From an uncultured Nitrospiraceae bacterium (GTDB lineage Bacteria > Nitrospirota > Thermodesulfovibrionia > Thermodesulfovibrionales > Dissulfurispiraceae), in the NCBI GenBank assembly GCA_963705105.1, contig CAVPIW010000005.1:544001-608000 (forward strand): a stretch of DNA of 64,000 bases, given 5' to 3'. The notes under the pieces were generated by a model that had not been told where the DNA came from, ran no database searches, and was given only the letters and a program-made list of their open reading frames with translations. The position numbers and the translations under genes were made by a program. Positions within the stretch are counted from its first letter, which is position 1. Each line of letters begins with the position of its first letter. Of the stretch, positions 23,928 to 34,702 are shown one piece after another.

Positions 23928-25129
23928 CATTCTTTTCCGCCTGCCTTTTCGATCAGCTCGACCATACCCGTGTACCCCCGTGATTTCGCGATGCGCAGGG
24001 CCGTCATGCCCCGGAAATCAGCGGCATTCACGTCGGCGTCTTTGTCGATGAGCAGCCCGGCGACTTCCGTCTGGTTCGTGTATGCCGCTGCCATCAGGGC
24101 TGTCCAGCCGTCCCTGGTCTTTCCCTTCACGTCAGCGCCGGCCTCTATCAGCAATTTCACGACAGCCGGCCGTTCCATCTGGACCGCGTCGATCAGCGGC
24201 GTCCACCCGTTGGCCATGGGGGCATTCACGTCGGCGCCGCCGTCGATGAGCAGTTTGACCACCCCGGCGTGTCCCCAGTGGGATGCGAACATGACAGGCG
24301 TCTGTCCCTTGGGATTCTTCTCGTTGACACGGGCCCCCTTCTCCAGGAGGAGACTGACGATGCCGCTGTGCCCCTTGCTTGCCGCCACCATCAGGGCGGA
24401 CCAGCCGTCGCTGTTCGTCGCGTTTGCATTCGCCCCGCGGGCCAGTAACTGTTTCGCCTTTTCCGATTTGTTCTCGTTCACCGCTTCAAGAAGCTCCTTG
24501 CTGAGCGACGACATCGGAAAGGCGGGGTCCTTTATCTTCAAACCCGCAATGACGGGATGTATCTCTTTGGGATTCGGCGTGTGCAGCCCCTTGGTGAAAG
24601 CGTCGCTGAAGAAGAACACATAAAAAACATGGTTTTTTTTGTAGTCTGCGGGGAAATGGAGGTAGATGACGGCCTCTACGGTGACCTCCGGTCCTGTACC
24701 CTTATAGCTCATGAAATGGAGTTTCTTCCCGCCGATTGTCGTCGTGCCTTTCTTCAAATCCTTCAACTCCTGTTTTGTCAGCGCATCGAAGGACTCCTTC
24801 GCACTTTTTTCCTCTTTCCTGAGATATGACTCCGCCATCTCATTTTCACCGAGGTCCCACTGTTCCGTCGGTGCACCCGTCCTGATGACCTGAATCGACG
24901 CCGATGACAGGGGCATTTTCGGATCGGCAGGATTTCGTATCACCCTTTGAAACTGGACGCTTCCCGATTCCCTGTCGATCGTTTCGGTCCAGTCCTTCCC
25001 GTCCGGCGGCCGTATCATAAAGCTGCCGGCATCGATGGTTTTCGCCGATGCCTCTTGTTGGGCGAGTGATCCTATCACGATAGAGCAGAGCAAAACCAGA
25101 AAAGTCATCAAGAAAAAAGATCTCTTCAT
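23927..25129 (-). CDS. Exported ankyrin-repeat protein
   Basis: Signal peptide; about six C-terminal ankyrin repeats (G.TPL/TAL..A...G....V.LL...GA.VN). Confidence 0.9.
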   Translation of the reverse strand: MKRSFFLMTFLVLLCSIVIGSLAQQEASAKTIDAGSFMIRPPDGKDWTETIDRESGSVQFQRVIRNPADPKMPLSSASIQVIRTGAPTEQWDLGENEMAESYLRKEEKSAKESFDALTKQELKDLKKGTTTIGGKKLHFMSYKGTGPEVTVEAVIYLHFPADYKKNHVFYVFFFSDAFTKGLHTPNPKEIHPVIAGLKIKDPAFPMSSLSKELLEAVNENKSEKAKQLLARGANANATNSDGWSALMVAASKGHSGIVSLLLEKGARVNEKNPKGQTPVMFASHWGHAGVVKLLIDGGADVNAPMANGWTPLIDAVQMERPAVVKLLIEAGADVKGKTRDGWTALMAAAYTNQTEVAGLLIDKDADVNAADFRGMTALRIAKSRGYTGMVELIEKAGGKE

Positions 25130-25240
25130 AATGAATCCTCCATTGTCCGACGAGTTGTAGGAATTACTGTCAGTTTACCCGATTGAACGGGATCCGGGAA
25201 AGAATGCTTTTTTCACGCTAGGGCTTATCGGGGAGAGCAC

Positions 25241-25385
25241 TCTCTGTCCGTAATTCATTTAGTACAGGTTGTCCGTCATTCCGGCTTGTCCGGAATCTTT
25301 ATTTCAGAAGGATTCCCCGACGGCCCCCGCTTCATGCACGGGGCTGCGGGAATGACAATGAAGGTGACTTTATAACACCGGTGTT
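25241..25385 (+). repeat. Repeat family B (GTCATTCC...GGAATGAC palindromic element)
   Basis: Reverse complement closely matches 41511-41650. Confidence 0.8.
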
Positions 25386-25464
25386 CTGACTGGCTGATGG
25401 GTCCCGCGGTGGATTTTTCGGGACTCCATCGGGTAAAATGATATGTTATATTCTTCGCCTGAAC

Positions 25465-25537
25465 GGCGGCGTACCCAAGTGGCTAAGGGAGAGGTCTGCA
25501 AAACCTCGATGCAGCGGTTCGAATCCGCTCGCCGCCT
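25465..25537 (+). tRNA. tRNA-Cys(GCA), CCA not encoded
   Basis: GGCGGCG/CGCCGCC acceptor stem, anticodon GCA, U73 discriminator. Confidence 0.95.
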
Positions 25538-25668
25538 CTCTTCAATTCATCTCTGCAGTGACTTCGCTTCCCTCGTCTGTCTTACTGAGGCTCTCACAGT
25601 GTAATCAGGAACATTCTTGACCGACTTCTTGACAAACCAACGGAAATCTATGCACAGGTCGCTATGAT

Positions 25669-25719
25669 AACCATTGTAGTTGCATAGAAAGGCGGGGCGT
25701 GTAGTACAACGATAAGGAT
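25669..25719 (-). repeat. Family A ends-only mini-element (~50 bp)
   Basis: AACCATTGTAGTTGCATAGAAAGGCGGGGCGTGTAGTACAACGATAAGG. Confidence 0.75.
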
Positions 25720-25765
25720 ACATCAGGCGCTCTGAATGAAATCTTCATTTATCGACTAATGATTA

Positions 25766-25794
25766 TTGACATAGTTGAACTCATTTGCTATGAT
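25766..25794 (+). promoter_or_regulatory. Heat-shock operon promoter with overlapping HAIR-like HspR operator
   Basis: TTGACA-N17-TATGAT; TTGAca-N7-ACTCAt resembles TTGAGT-N7-ACTCAA. Confidence 0.65.
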
Positions 25795-25815
25795 AAGAAA
25801 TAAGTGAGGTGAACT

Positions 25816-26883
25816 ATGGCAACGACCGTGAAGGATTACTACGCCGTACTGGGAGTAAACAAGGACGCCTCTCAGGATGACATCAAGAAGGCCTTCAGGA
25901 AACTTGCGCGGAAGTATCATCCTGACCTGAACCCCGGCGACAAGAAGGCGGAGGAAAAGTTCAAGGACCTCAACGAGGCCTATGCGGTCCTCGGTGATGC
26001 ACAGAAGCGCGCGGAGTATGACAAGGGAGGCACGGCTGCCTTCGAGGGGTTTGAGGGAGGCGGCTTCGATTTCAGGGAGTCTTTCGATTTCGGCGATATC
26101 TTCGGCGACATCTTCGGAGGACGCCATGCTGCGGGTCCTCACTATGGAAAGGGTGAGGACATCCTCATGGGCATGGAGATGACCCTTGAGGATGCCTACA
26201 ACGGCATCACGAGGCCGATCTCCGTGACGAGGGCGTCGAACTGCGATGCCTGTGGAGGGAGCGGCGCCGAGGGATACCAGACCTGCGACCGGTGCAAGGG
26301 GACCGGCCAGAGCCAGGCGTCAAAGGGATTCTTCAAGATGTCCCAGGCCTGCCCCGAATGCAGGGGGACAGGAAGGAAGATCACCGCCGCCTGCAGAAAG
26401 TGCGCGGGCAGGGGAAAGGTCCTGATGACCGATACGGTGAAAGTGAAGATTCCGGCCGGCGTCGACAACGGCTCCGTTGTCCGCCTGAAAGGCAAGGGCC
26501 ATGCGGGAGAGGGAGGAGGGCCTCCGGGCGACCTGCTCATCGAAATAAGCGTTCGGCAGCACCGCCTGTTCCGGAGGAAGGGAGATGACATCCATGTGCA
26601 GCTTCCCGTCACCTTCGGCGAGGCGGCCCTGGGCACGAAGATCGAGGTGCCGACAATTGACGGCGTTTCGGTCATGAAGCTGCCGCCCGGTACACAGGGC
26701 GGGCAGAGGTTCAAACTTTCCGGGAAGGGGTTTGTCTCTCCCAGGACGAAACAGCGGGGAGACGAGGTCGTCGAGATAAAGATCGTGGTTCCGAAGAACA
26801 TTCCGGATAGCGCGAGGGATGCCCTGAAAGTCATTGAATCGCTCTATACGGAGAGCCCGAGAAAAGGGACGGTGTCGAAATGA
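25816..26883 (+). CDS. dnaJ: DnaJ chaperone
   Basis: J domain with HPD, G/F region, four CxxCxGxG repeats. Confidence 0.95.
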   Translation: MATTVKDYYAVLGVNKDASQDDIKKAFRKLARKYHPDLNPGDKKAEEKFKDLNEAYAVLGDAQKRAEYDKGGTAAFEGFEGGGFDFRESFDFGDIFGDIFGGRHAAGPHYGKGEDILMGMEMTLEDAYNGITRPISVTRASNCDACGGSGAEGYQTCDRCKGTGQSQASKGFFKMSQACPECRGTGRKITAACRKCAGRGKVLMTDTVKVKIPAGVDNGSVVRLKGKGHAGEGGGPPGDLLIEISVRQHRLFRRKGDDIHVQLPVTFGEAALGTKIEVPTIDGVSVMKLPPGTQGGQRFKLSGKGFVSPRTKQRGDEVVEIKIVVPKNIPDSARDALKVIESLYTESPRKGTVSK

Positions 26884-27239
26884 AGGGGAGAAAGCGTGAA
26901 GATACAGCCAGACCTCTGTACATGATCAGTGTCGTTTCAAGGATGCTCGAAGTGCATCCGCAGACCCTGAGGATGTATGAAAGAGAGGGATTTATCATAC
27001 CCCGCCGGGTGAACAGGCAGCGGCTCTATTCAGACGACGACATCGAGCGGCTGAACCTCGTAATACAGCTGACGAAGGAAATGGGTGTGAACAAGGCGGG
27101 CGTTGATATCATTCTGAGGATGAGGAACCGCATCGAGGCACTCCAGGACGAGATGAGGGAGATGATGAGATTTCTCGAAGATGACGTGAGAAGGGAGTTC
27201 GAGGAAAAGATCCGGTCCCTCTATTCCGAGGAAAAGTAG
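26880..27239 (+). CDS. hspR: HspR-like MerR-family heat-shock repressor
   Basis: [26 protein letters not shown]; between dnaJ and clpB. Confidence 0.88.
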   Translation: MKGRKREDTARPLYMISVVSRMLEVHPQTLRMYEREGFIIPRRVNRQRLYSDDDIERLNLVIQLTKEMGVNKAGVDIILRMRNRIEALQDEMREMMRFLEDDVRREFEEKIRSLYSEEK

Positions 27240-27255
27240 CGCCGGTGACACATAT

Positions 27256-27451
27256 AAACCTTACTCTCGCCATCGGACCTCCGGAAAGGCAGGGCGTATG
27301 CGCCGACAAGCCTCGGTGCTGCGAAACCTTTGCCTTCCCATGAAGATTATATCGGGCCGACGGCTGACAAAATCTCTTTCTGGCACTCACACTGTCACTG
27401 ATACTGTTTTTCAGAGCGCTTCGCCCTGCCTTTTCATACAACTGGGGGTAA
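27256..27451 (+). repeat. Family A copy 6 (beta-left + hexamer module)
   Basis: AAAGGCAGGGCG ... CGCCCTGCCTTT arms with matched substitution. Confidence 0.9.
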
Positions 27452-27537
27452 AGATCGTGTTATTGGAGTCCAACATGATGTTCCGCAGCGTCTTGCTGCA
27501 AACCGCTTTGGTTACGAGTGAGTTCAGGCGGTATTTC

Positions 27538-27564
27538 GGGCCGTTCGGGGAACGGCCCCTGCAG
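27538..27564 (-). repeat. GTAG-type REP-like palindrome
   Basis: GGGCCGTTCGGGGAACGGCCC; near-identical unit at 63093-63119. Confidence 0.6.
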
Positions 27565-27649
27565 TGAAAAAATGCTGTTGCAGACGCCCGTTCCGTCGTT
27601 TTACCCATCTGCAACATTGAGATATATTTTATGAAGGAGGCTATATATC

Positions 27650-30295
27650 ATGAGACTGGATAAATTGACTGTCAAGAGCCAGGAGGCCCTCCAGGAGGCC
27701 CAGCGCATCGCCGAGCGGAAGGGCAACCAGCAGCTCGACGTGGAGCATCTCCTGTCGGCGCTGCTCGTCGATGAGGAGGGGACGGTCTTCCAGATCCTCT
27801 CCAGACTCGGCGCGGACATCAACGCCGTCAGGGCGGAGATCGAGAAAGAGATAGAGAAGTTTCCCAAGGTATCTGGCGCGACGCCCCTCGGCCAGATATA
27901 CCTTTCGCCGCGCCTGAAGGCAGTGTTCGAGAAGGCCTTCGAAGAGGCGGGCCATCTGACGGACGAATTCATCAGCGTGGAGCACCTGCTCATCGCCATC
28001 GTGAACGAATACGGGCCGGCTTCGGAGATCCTCAAACGGCAGGGTGTCACAGCCGATACCATCCTCACCGTATTAACCGACATCAGGGGATCGCAGCGCG
28101 TGACGGACCCCAATCCCGAGGAGAAATTCCAGGCCCTCAAGCGGTACGGGAAAGACCTTACCGATCTTGCCAAGAGAGGCAAGCTCGATCCCGTGATCGG
28201 CAGGGATGAGGAGATCAGGAGAGTCGTCCAGGTCCTTTCGCGGCGGACGAAGAACAACCCCGTCCTGATCGGGGACCCCGGAGTCGGAAAGACCGCCATC
28301 GTCGAGGGCTTGGCCCAGAGGATCGTGGCGGGAGACGTGCCCGAGTCGCTGAGGGACAAACGTCTCATAGGCATCGACATCGGGAGCCTCGTCGCAGGCT
28401 CTAAATACAGGGGAGAATTCGAGGAGCGCCTCAAGGCGGTGCTCAAGGAGATCGAGAAGTCGGAAGGCAAGATCATCACTTTTATTGACGAACTTCACAC
28501 CCTTGTCGGCGCAGGCGCCGCTGAAGGCGCTGTCGACGCGTCCAACATGATGAAGCCGGCACTTGCCAGGGGCGACCTCCGGTGCATCGGCGCGACGACG
28601 GTGAACGAATACCGGAAACACATCGAGAAGGACCCTGCCCTCGAGCGGCGGTTCCAGCCCGTCAACGTCAGCGAACCCTCCGTCGAGGACACCATATCGA
28701 TCCTGCGAGGTCTCAAGGAACGGTACGAAGTGCATCACGGCGTGAAGATCAAAGACGCCGCACTCATCGCGGCCGCCATGCTCTCGCAGCGCTACATCAC
28801 CGACCGATATCTCCCTGACAAGGCGATTGACCTCATCGACGAGTCCGCCGCCCGGCTGCGCATGGAGATCGACAGCATGCCCGTGGAGCTCGACGAGATC
28901 GAGAGGAAGATCAGGCAGCTCGAGATCGAAAAGCAGGCCCTCATGAGGGACGACTCGGACGACGGGCGGGAGAAGCTCGATAAACTGGTGCGGGAGATGG
29001 CGGAGCTCGGGGAGAAGAGGGACGCGCTCAGGACCCAGTGGATGAGCGAGAAAGAGGTGATCCAGAGGATCAGGGACATCAAGGAGCAGATCGAGAAGAC
29101 CAAGAACGAATCGGAGCTTGCCGAGAGGGACGGCGATCTCACCAAAGCGGCGGAGCTCAGATACGGCACACTCATTAACCTGCAGCGGTCCCTCGACGAG
29201 GAGAACAGGAAACTCAAGGACACCCAGACGAAGCGCCAGATGCTGAAAGAGGAGGTCGACGAGGAGGACATCGCCGAGGTCGTTTCGAAATGGACGGGAG
29301 TGCCGGTGACGCGCATGATCGAGAGCGAGGTGCAGAAGCTCATCCACATGGATGATCGCCTGAGGCTCCGCGTCGTCGGGCAGGACGATGCGATCGTCGC
29401 CGTCTCCAACGCCATCAGGAGGGCACGGGCAGGCATCCAGGACCCGAACAGGCCGATCGGCTCCTTCATCTTCCTCGGACCCACCGGTGTGGGCAAGACG
29501 GAGCTCGGAAAGGCGCTGGCCGAATTCCTCTTTGACGACGAAGGCGCCATGATCAGAATCGACATGTCCGAATACCAGGAGCGCCACACCGTCTCCCGCC
29601 TCATCGGCGCACCGCCGGGCTATGTGGGCTACGAAGAAGGCGGGCAGCTCACCGAGGCCGTCAGGAGGAGGCCCTACGCGGTCATCCTCTTCGACGAAGT
29701 GGAGAAGGCACACCCCGAAGTGTTCAACGTGCTGCTCCAGCTTCTCGACGACGGCCGGCTCACGGACGGCCACGGCAGGACCGTGGACTTCAGGAATTCC
29801 GTCGTGATCATGACGTCCAACATCGGCAGCGTTCATATCCAGGAGATCCTCGAGAAATCAGCGAAACGGAAGGCCGTCCACTGGAGCGGTGAAGACGGCG
29901 GTGACCTCAAAGAAAAGGTCATGGAGGACCTGAAGGGTTTCTTCAGGCCCGAGTTTCTGAACAGGGTCGACGAGATCATCATCTTCAATCCCCTCTCGGA
30001 GGAGCTCCTGAGGGCGGTCGTCCGGATTCAGGTGGAGCGTATGAAGAGGTACCTGAGGGACAAGAAGATCGATTTCACGCTGACCGACGCAGCCACGGCG
30101 TATATCGCCCGCATCGGATACGATCCGGTATATGGCGCCCGTCCCCTGAAGCGTGCCATTCAGAAGGAGATTCTCAACCCTCTCGCCCTGAGGCTTCTGG
30201 ATGGCTCGATCAGGGAGGGAGATGCCGTCGAGATCGATTATGCCGATGACAAGATGATCTTCAACAAGATAGATGTTGCCGAGACCGTTTCATAG
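27650..30295 (+). CDS. clpB: Chaperone ClpB
   Basis: Two AAA modules ([16 protein letters not shown]), long coiled-coil middle domain, 881 aa. Confidence 0.98.
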   Translation: MRLDKLTVKSQEALQEAQRIAERKGNQQLDVEHLLSALLVDEEGTVFQILSRLGADINAVRAEIEKEIEKFPKVSGATPLGQIYLSPRLKAVFEKAFEEAGHLTDEFISVEHLLIAIVNEYGPASEILKRQGVTADTILTVLTDIRGSQRVTDPNPEEKFQALKRYGKDLTDLAKRGKLDPVIGRDEEIRRVVQVLSRRTKNNPVLIGDPGVGKTAIVEGLAQRIVAGDVPESLRDKRLIGIDIGSLVAGSKYRGEFEERLKAVLKEIEKSEGKIITFIDELHTLVGAGAAEGAVDASNMMKPALARGDLRCIGATTVNEYRKHIEKDPALERRFQPVNVSEPSVEDTISILRGLKERYEVHHGVKIKDAALIAAAMLSQRYITDRYLPDKAIDLIDESAARLRMEIDSMPVELDEIERKIRQLEIEKQALMRDDSDDGREKLDKLVREMAELGEKRDALRTQWMSEKEVIQRIRDIKEQIEKTKNESELAERDGDLTKAAELRYGTLINLQRSLDEENRKLKDTQTKRQMLKEEVDEEDIAEVVSKWTGVPVTRMIESEVQKLIHMDDRLRLRVVGQDDAIVAVSNAIRRARAGIQDPNRPIGSFIFLGPTGVGKTELGKALAEFLFDDEGAMIRIDMSEYQERHTVSRLIGAPPGYVGYEEGGQLTEAVRRRPYAVILFDEVEKAHPEVFNVLLQLLDDGRLTDGHGRTVDFRNSVVIMTSNIGSVHIQEILEKSAKRKAVHWSGEDGGDLKEKVMEDLKGFFRPEFLNRVDEIIIFNPLSEELLRAVVRIQVERMKRYLRDKKIDFTLTDAATAYIARIGYDPVYGARPLKRAIQKEILNPLALRLLDGSIREGDAVEIDYADDKMIFNKIDVAETVS

Positions 30296-30373
30296 GGCGG
30301 TCTTTGGCCGCCTGAAAAAAGGATACGAAGGGGTCGGGGACTGTGACAGCCCGGCCGGCAGAAGGAGGATATC

Positions 30374-30829
30374 ATGTCGATCATGAAATGGAGCCCCATG
30401 AAGGAACTGGAAGAGATGAGGAGGGACATGGACCGGCTGTTCGATGAAGTCTTCACGCCCGGCCGGAGGAGGAGATGGCCCGGCAAGACGGAACCCGGCA
30501 TCGTCGTACCGAGCATCGAGGTGTATGACCGGAAAAGCGAGATCGTCGTCAAGGCCGAGCTGCCCGGAGTCACGAAGGACGACATCGATCTCACCATCAC
30601 GAAGGATTCCCTGACCCTGAAGGGAGAAGTAAAGAGGGAGGAGGAGGTCAAGGAAGAGGACTACTATTCCTGCGAGCGGACCTTCGGCAGTTTCGCGAGG
30701 ACCGTCGCCCTTCCCGTCGATGTGGACAGTGAAAAGGCGAAGGCGACCTTCACCAACGGTATCCTCGAGATCGTTCTTCCCAAGAAGGAGGAGGCGAAGC
30801 CGAAGGAGATCAAGATCGAGGTGAAGTAG
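30374..30829 (+). CDS. Hsp20/alpha-crystallin small heat-shock protein
   Basis: AELPGV, ERTFGSFAR, NGILEI, C-terminal IxI. Confidence 0.95.
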   Translation: MSIMKWSPMKELEEMRRDMDRLFDEVFTPGRRRRWPGKTEPGIVVPSIEVYDRKSEIVVKAELPGVTKDDIDLTITKDSLTLKGEVKREEEVKEEDYYSCERTFGSFARTVALPVDVDSEKAKATFTNGILEIVLPKKEEAKPKEIKIEVK

Positions 30830-30912
30830 ACCGGGCAGGATTGTACTCTCACGGGGGCGGGGATGACCTTCCCCCATCTTGTTTCGCGTCCCCGGCAAAA
30901 AAGCTTATCGTC

Positions 30913-31132
30913 ACCCCTGTAGTTGTATAAAAAGGCGGGGCGAAGCGCCTCAAATCCTTGCTGAAGGCGACGATACGCCCCCTCGTTAGCTTTGTGTTTC
31001 AGGATTCCACTCTTTGTGTCATCGACCATTGGCGTATAGTTCGTCTGCCCTTTCGATACAGGTGTCGCCGCAGCAAGGTATTCGACGCATACACCCCGCC
31101 TTTACCGGCATGTATTGCTCAACGATAAGGTC
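30913..31132 (-). repeat. Family A copy 7 (alpha, full length)
   Basis: Reverse complement closely matches copy 12 (51856-52084). Confidence 0.92.
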
Positions 31133-31277
31133 AATTCAATCAGCTATCAAAGAGCGTGTGGCCCCCGGCAGGCCGGAAGCCCCGACAATCCCATTTCCTC
31201 ATTTACCCTGCCAAAGAGAGGTCTCGCAAGCCGAGTCGTGAGATTGTCGCAAGCTGTGTCGCAAGATTGTCGCAAGT

Positions 31278-32327
31278 TCAACCAGTCCCCTTCATCCGGT
31301 AGACGAGCTTGTTGGTCGATCCCTCCGAAACCAACAGCCCCATATCCACCATGGCCTTCAGGTCGCGCTGCAGAGAGCGGCGGTTGACCTCGGGAAAGTA
31401 GTGCTCGAAATCCTGGATGGTCAGACTGCCGTGTTCCAGAATGTGGCCGAGGACTTTGGTCTGGCGCTCCGAAAGTCTGTGCTCTTTGATGAGCACATCC
31501 CGGCGGATGGCCTGCTCTCCGCGCTCCCTGACTTCGGCAAGCTGCGTGGTCAGCCCCTCGACGAAATATTCCAGCCAGCCGGTCATGTCCATGCGGTGCT
31601 CGCGGACGCTCTGGATAGCCCGATAGAATGCCGGCCGGTCTCGGTCGTAGTATTCGCTGATCGCAAACAGCCGCTTGAAGTCGTACCCGGCCCGGTAGAG
31701 GCACAAGGTCGAGAGCAGCCGGGAAGTCCGGCCGTTGCCATCCAGAAACGGGTGGATATGCACGAGCTGGAACTGAGAGATGCCGCTCACCAGAACCGGG
31801 TGAACCTCCGTCTCCTGGTTTAGCCAGTCCACCAGATCCGCCATCATGATCGGCACATCATGCGCCGGGGGCGGAGTGTAGACCGTCTCGCCGGTGGTCG
31901 AGTTGACCACGTAGTTCTGGATTTTCCGATACTCGCCGGGAGCAGCTGCTCCGCCACGCACGCCCTCGACGAGCCGCTTGTGAATTTCCCGAACGAGCCC
32001 CTCCGTGACCGGACCGCCGTCCTCGAGATACTCGGAAACGAACTCAAAGGCTTTCTTGTAGTTCAGCAGTTCCCGCACATCATCGGGATCGGCCTCGGGG
32101 ACCGGCTTGCCTTCCAGGAGTTGCTCGGCCTGGTCCAAGGTCAGACGTGTTCCCTCGATGTGAGTGGTGTGATGGGCTTCAAGGATCAGCGCTCGACGTC
32201 CCATCTCCCTCACCCAGGCCTCGGATAAAGTCGCGGCCTCCAAGAACCCCCGGGCCCGCTCGATGCGGGTCAGCCCGGCGGTGACCCGGTTGGTGATGGT
32301 GAATGCGGGGTGAAAGCCTTTGGTCAT
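31278..32327 (-). CDS. Fic-family protein with C-terminal HTH
   Basis: [12 protein letters not shown]ic motif; HTTHIEG inhibitory-type helix. Confidence 0.93.
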   Translation of the reverse strand: MTKGFHPAFTITNRVTAGLTRIERARGFLEAATLSEAWVREMGRRALILEAHHTTHIEGTRLTLDQAEQLLEGKPVPEADPDDVRELLNYKKAFEFVSEYLEDGGPVTEGLVREIHKRLVEGVRGGAAAPGEYRKIQNYVVNSTTGETVYTPPPAHDVPIMMADLVDWLNQETEVHPVLVSGISQFQLVHIHPFLDGNGRTSRLLSTLCLYRAGYDFKRLFAISEYYDRDRPAFYRAIQSVREHRMDMTGWLEYFVEGLTTQLAEVRERGEQAIRRDVLIKEHRLSERQTKVLGHILEHGSLTIQDFEHYFPEVNRRSLQRDLKAMVDMGLLVSEGSTNKLVYRMKGTG

Positions 32328-33097
32328 TTGCCACCGCCTCTCCCCGGCGAATTCTTCAGTAGGACCAGGTCATCATCCAGCCCGTGACGGAGAATGTCGA
32401 GCCTGGATGACGCAGCCACAAGGCTTTCGGCGTGAATTGGCTTGATCCGGAACGGGAAGAGGCTCGGGCTATCGATCAAGTCTTTGCGCGGGGCCGAGCC
32501 GTTGGCGCGGGCATGAAGGGATGCTTCGGCCAGCCAGGCTATCAGTCGGGAATCATCAACGGCCAGCGTCGTCCCGGCGGTATAAATTCCCTTTGTGCCG
32601 GTCTCCTGAAGCACGCCCCAATCCAGGTACGAACGCAGTATGCGCCGGGCTGCTCGGGAAACAGTCTCCCGCTCGCCGTATTGCTCGCGGACCCGGCGCT
32701 GGACATGAGCCGCGGCAGCGGAGCCCTGAAGCCTCAGAAGACGGCCGGTCTGGGTGGCTACACCCGACCAGAACGGGTAAACGGCCATGACCATCCCCCA
32801 GTGGATAGCCAGATGATCGCGTCGAGGAACACGTTTGAGGAGCTCCAGTCCTTCGACGCGCAACGACTCGAGTTCGCTCGGAACCTTCAGCCACGTCTTG
32901 AGGAGAATCGTGATGATCTTCTCGCGATTGCCGCGCACGGCCTGGCCGCCGACGGACACCTTGTCCTTCAGCAGCTCCTGCAAGGCATCGTTGACCGCAG
33001 CCTTGTCATTCCCTGCCAGGATCAGGTTGGCCGTCTGCTCAAGCCATTCCAGGCGCACCCGCTGACTGAATCCGATCTGGTCGGTCCGTCTGGTCAT
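32324..33097 (-). CDS. BrxA-like BREX-3 accessory protein
   Basis: Position directly after pglZ in type-3 order, ATGA coupling; identity mostly from synteny. Confidence 0.6.
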   Translation of the reverse strand: MTRRTDQIGFSQRVRLEWLEQTANLILAGNDKAAVNDALQELLKDKVSVGGQAVRGNREKIITILLKTWLKVPSELESLRVEGLELLKRVPRRDHLAIHWGMVMAVYPFWSGVATQTGRLLRLQGSAAAAHVQRRVREQYGERETVSRAARRILRSYLDWGVLQETGTKGIYTAGTTLAVDDSRLIAWLAEASLHARANGSAPRKDLIDSPSLFPFRIKPIHAESLVAASSRLDILRHGLDDDLVLLKNSPGRGGGK

Positions 33098-34554
33098 TCG
33101 CCCCTCCTCTCAATTTGGATCAGAGGGACGATGAGTTCCTCTACTGAAACGCCGCCGTGGCTAACGGTGCGCTGTTTTTCTTGGACAAACGCCTGCCGAG
33201 CAGGGGCCAGCAGGGCGAGGTAGTCCTCCGGGAGACCAACGGGGCCCCATTCCAGCGCGGCGGGAAAACGTTCCTTCACCTTGCCGCGAAGGGCCGCGTC
33301 GGGATAGATGCGGACTCGTTCACCGCGCAGGTCCGCCACAGCTCCTTCAGACGGACGACCGCAACCTGTCGCCTCGATGTTGCCGTGATCGGAGGTCAGG
33401 AAGACCCGGAACCCATGATCCAGGAGCAGATCAAGGAGGGCGCTGAGATACGGCTGCTTGGCCCACTGGCCCACTTGGTTGTGCATCCCGGCGGTGCCCA
33501 TTTCCATCCCGTGCATGATTTTGTCTACCTTGTCCACGACCAGCCCGGCGACCCTTGCCTTGGGATGAGAAAGCGCTTCGGAAACGGTATCCAGACTGCC
33601 ATCGCCCAGCCCCTTGATGTAGACGACATCGTTTGGCATAAGGCCCTGATCCGCCCAGAATTGCGCCCAGAGAGAGGGTTCCTTGTCCGTGGTCTGGATG
33701 CTATTAGGAAAAAAGATGGGAGCCTTGCCGGCGAAGGTTGCTTGGCGCGAGACGGAGGTGAGCGAAGGAATCCAGGCAAAGACCGCCTGCTCCCGGAATC
33801 GCAGCCCAGGCTGTTTTGAGGCAAGTGCTTCGCGGACTACCAGCCATTGGTCCAAGGCAAGGCCGTCCACCACGATCAGTGCGATCTTGGCGTTGCGGTC
33901 TTCTCCCATTTGGCGGGCAAGAAATCGCGGGAGGTGATGCAACATGACCGGAGGCACCGGTGGCAGATTAACCAGCCCGGCATACCGCTTGAAGAGCCAG
34001 GCTGCGAAACCGGCATCCACCTGTGCCTGCAAGTTCTTGATGCGTTCATCCGTCGGTTCGGAAATCGCTTCGGCCTGATCGTTCGCCAGCAGGATCGTCT
34101 CCGCCCATCCGCGGGCAAAGTGGAACCAGTCCCTGTGCTTCGCGTCCTCGGCCGGAATGGATGCCTCCAGACTTTTTCCCGTAGATGTGTCTTTATCCAT
34201 AAGGCCTTCGGCTGCATGAGAGAAAGGCGCATGACCCAAATCATGCAACAAACTTGACAGTCGAACTAAAACCCTATCACGCCCTAATCCGTCATAATTG
34301 AAATCCAACTCCGATTTTAGAAAGTCACCTCGCCTTACCCGTATATGATCGAACATACGTGTAGCAACCTGCATCACTCCAAGAGAATGTTCAAAACGGT
34401 TATGCATCGCCGCCGGGTAAACCATATCCGTGAAACCAAGTTGCCGGATGCGTCGTAGGCGTTGGAAAACTGGATGATTTACGATATCTCGTTCCCACTC
34501 GTTCAAAGTAATGAAGCCGTGAATAGGGTCCCTGATTTCAGTGATTTTACCCAT
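33094..34554 (-). CDS. pglZ: Chimeric HD-domain phosphohydrolase N-terminus (~128 aa) fused to C-terminal part of BREX-3 PglZ
   Basis: RDPIHG, FQRLRRIRQLG, RFEHSLG, LLHDLGHAPFSH then VVDGL, SLTSVSR, SDHGN; GC shift at ~34170. Confidence 0.8.
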   Translation of the reverse strand: MGKITEIRDPIHGFITLNEWERDIVNHPVFQRLRRIRQLGFTDMVYPAAMHNRFEHSLGVMQVATRMFDHIRVRRGDFLKSELDFNYDGLGRDRVLVRLSSLLHDLGHAPFSHAAEGLMDKDTSTGKSLEASIPAEDAKHRDWFHFARGWAETILLANDQAEAISEPTDERIKNLQAQVDAGFAAWLFKRYAGLVNLPPVPPVMLHHLPRFLARQMGEDRNAKIALIVVDGLALDQWLVVREALASKQPGLRFREQAVFAWIPSLTSVSRQATFAGKAPIFFPNSIQTTDKEPSLWAQFWADQGLMPNDVVYIKGLGDGSLDTVSEALSHPKARVAGLVVDKVDKIMHGMEMGTAGMHNQVGQWAKQPYLSALLDLLLDHGFRVFLTSDHGNIEATGCGRPSEGAVADLRGERVRIYPDAALRGKVKERFPAALEWGPVGLPEDYLALLAPARQAFVQEKQRTVSHGGVSVEELIVPLIQIERRGE

Positions 34555-34702
34555 GATTGCTACTCCAAAACGAAAATCTCTCCGCATGAAACAACTTGGT
34601 CGCTCGTCCACTGACCAAGTTCGTTTATGGGTATACCCGACTTGTACAGTGACTTGGTCAGTTCTGCATGGAAAATAGCCATTGATGATCCCGTTAATGC
34701 CG

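Noticed and set aside
25465..25540. tRNA-Cys as pseudogene or integration site because CCA is missing
   Set aside because: Cloverleaf is intact, non-encoded CCA is common, and no adjacent mobile genes
25740..25815. CIRCE element before dnaJ
   Set aside because: No TTAGCACTC-N9-GAGTGCTAA; a HAIR-like site fits better
28073..29836. 587-aa antisense ORF to clpB, and similar long antisense ORFs (48706-50289, 11852-13216)
   Set aside because: Expected by-product of high GC3 codon bias; no motifs
31155..31180. Possible att duplication of the tRNA-Asn 3' end (TGGCCCCCGGCAGG)
   Set aside because: Too weak a match to TGGCTCCTGGGGAGG to support a boundary
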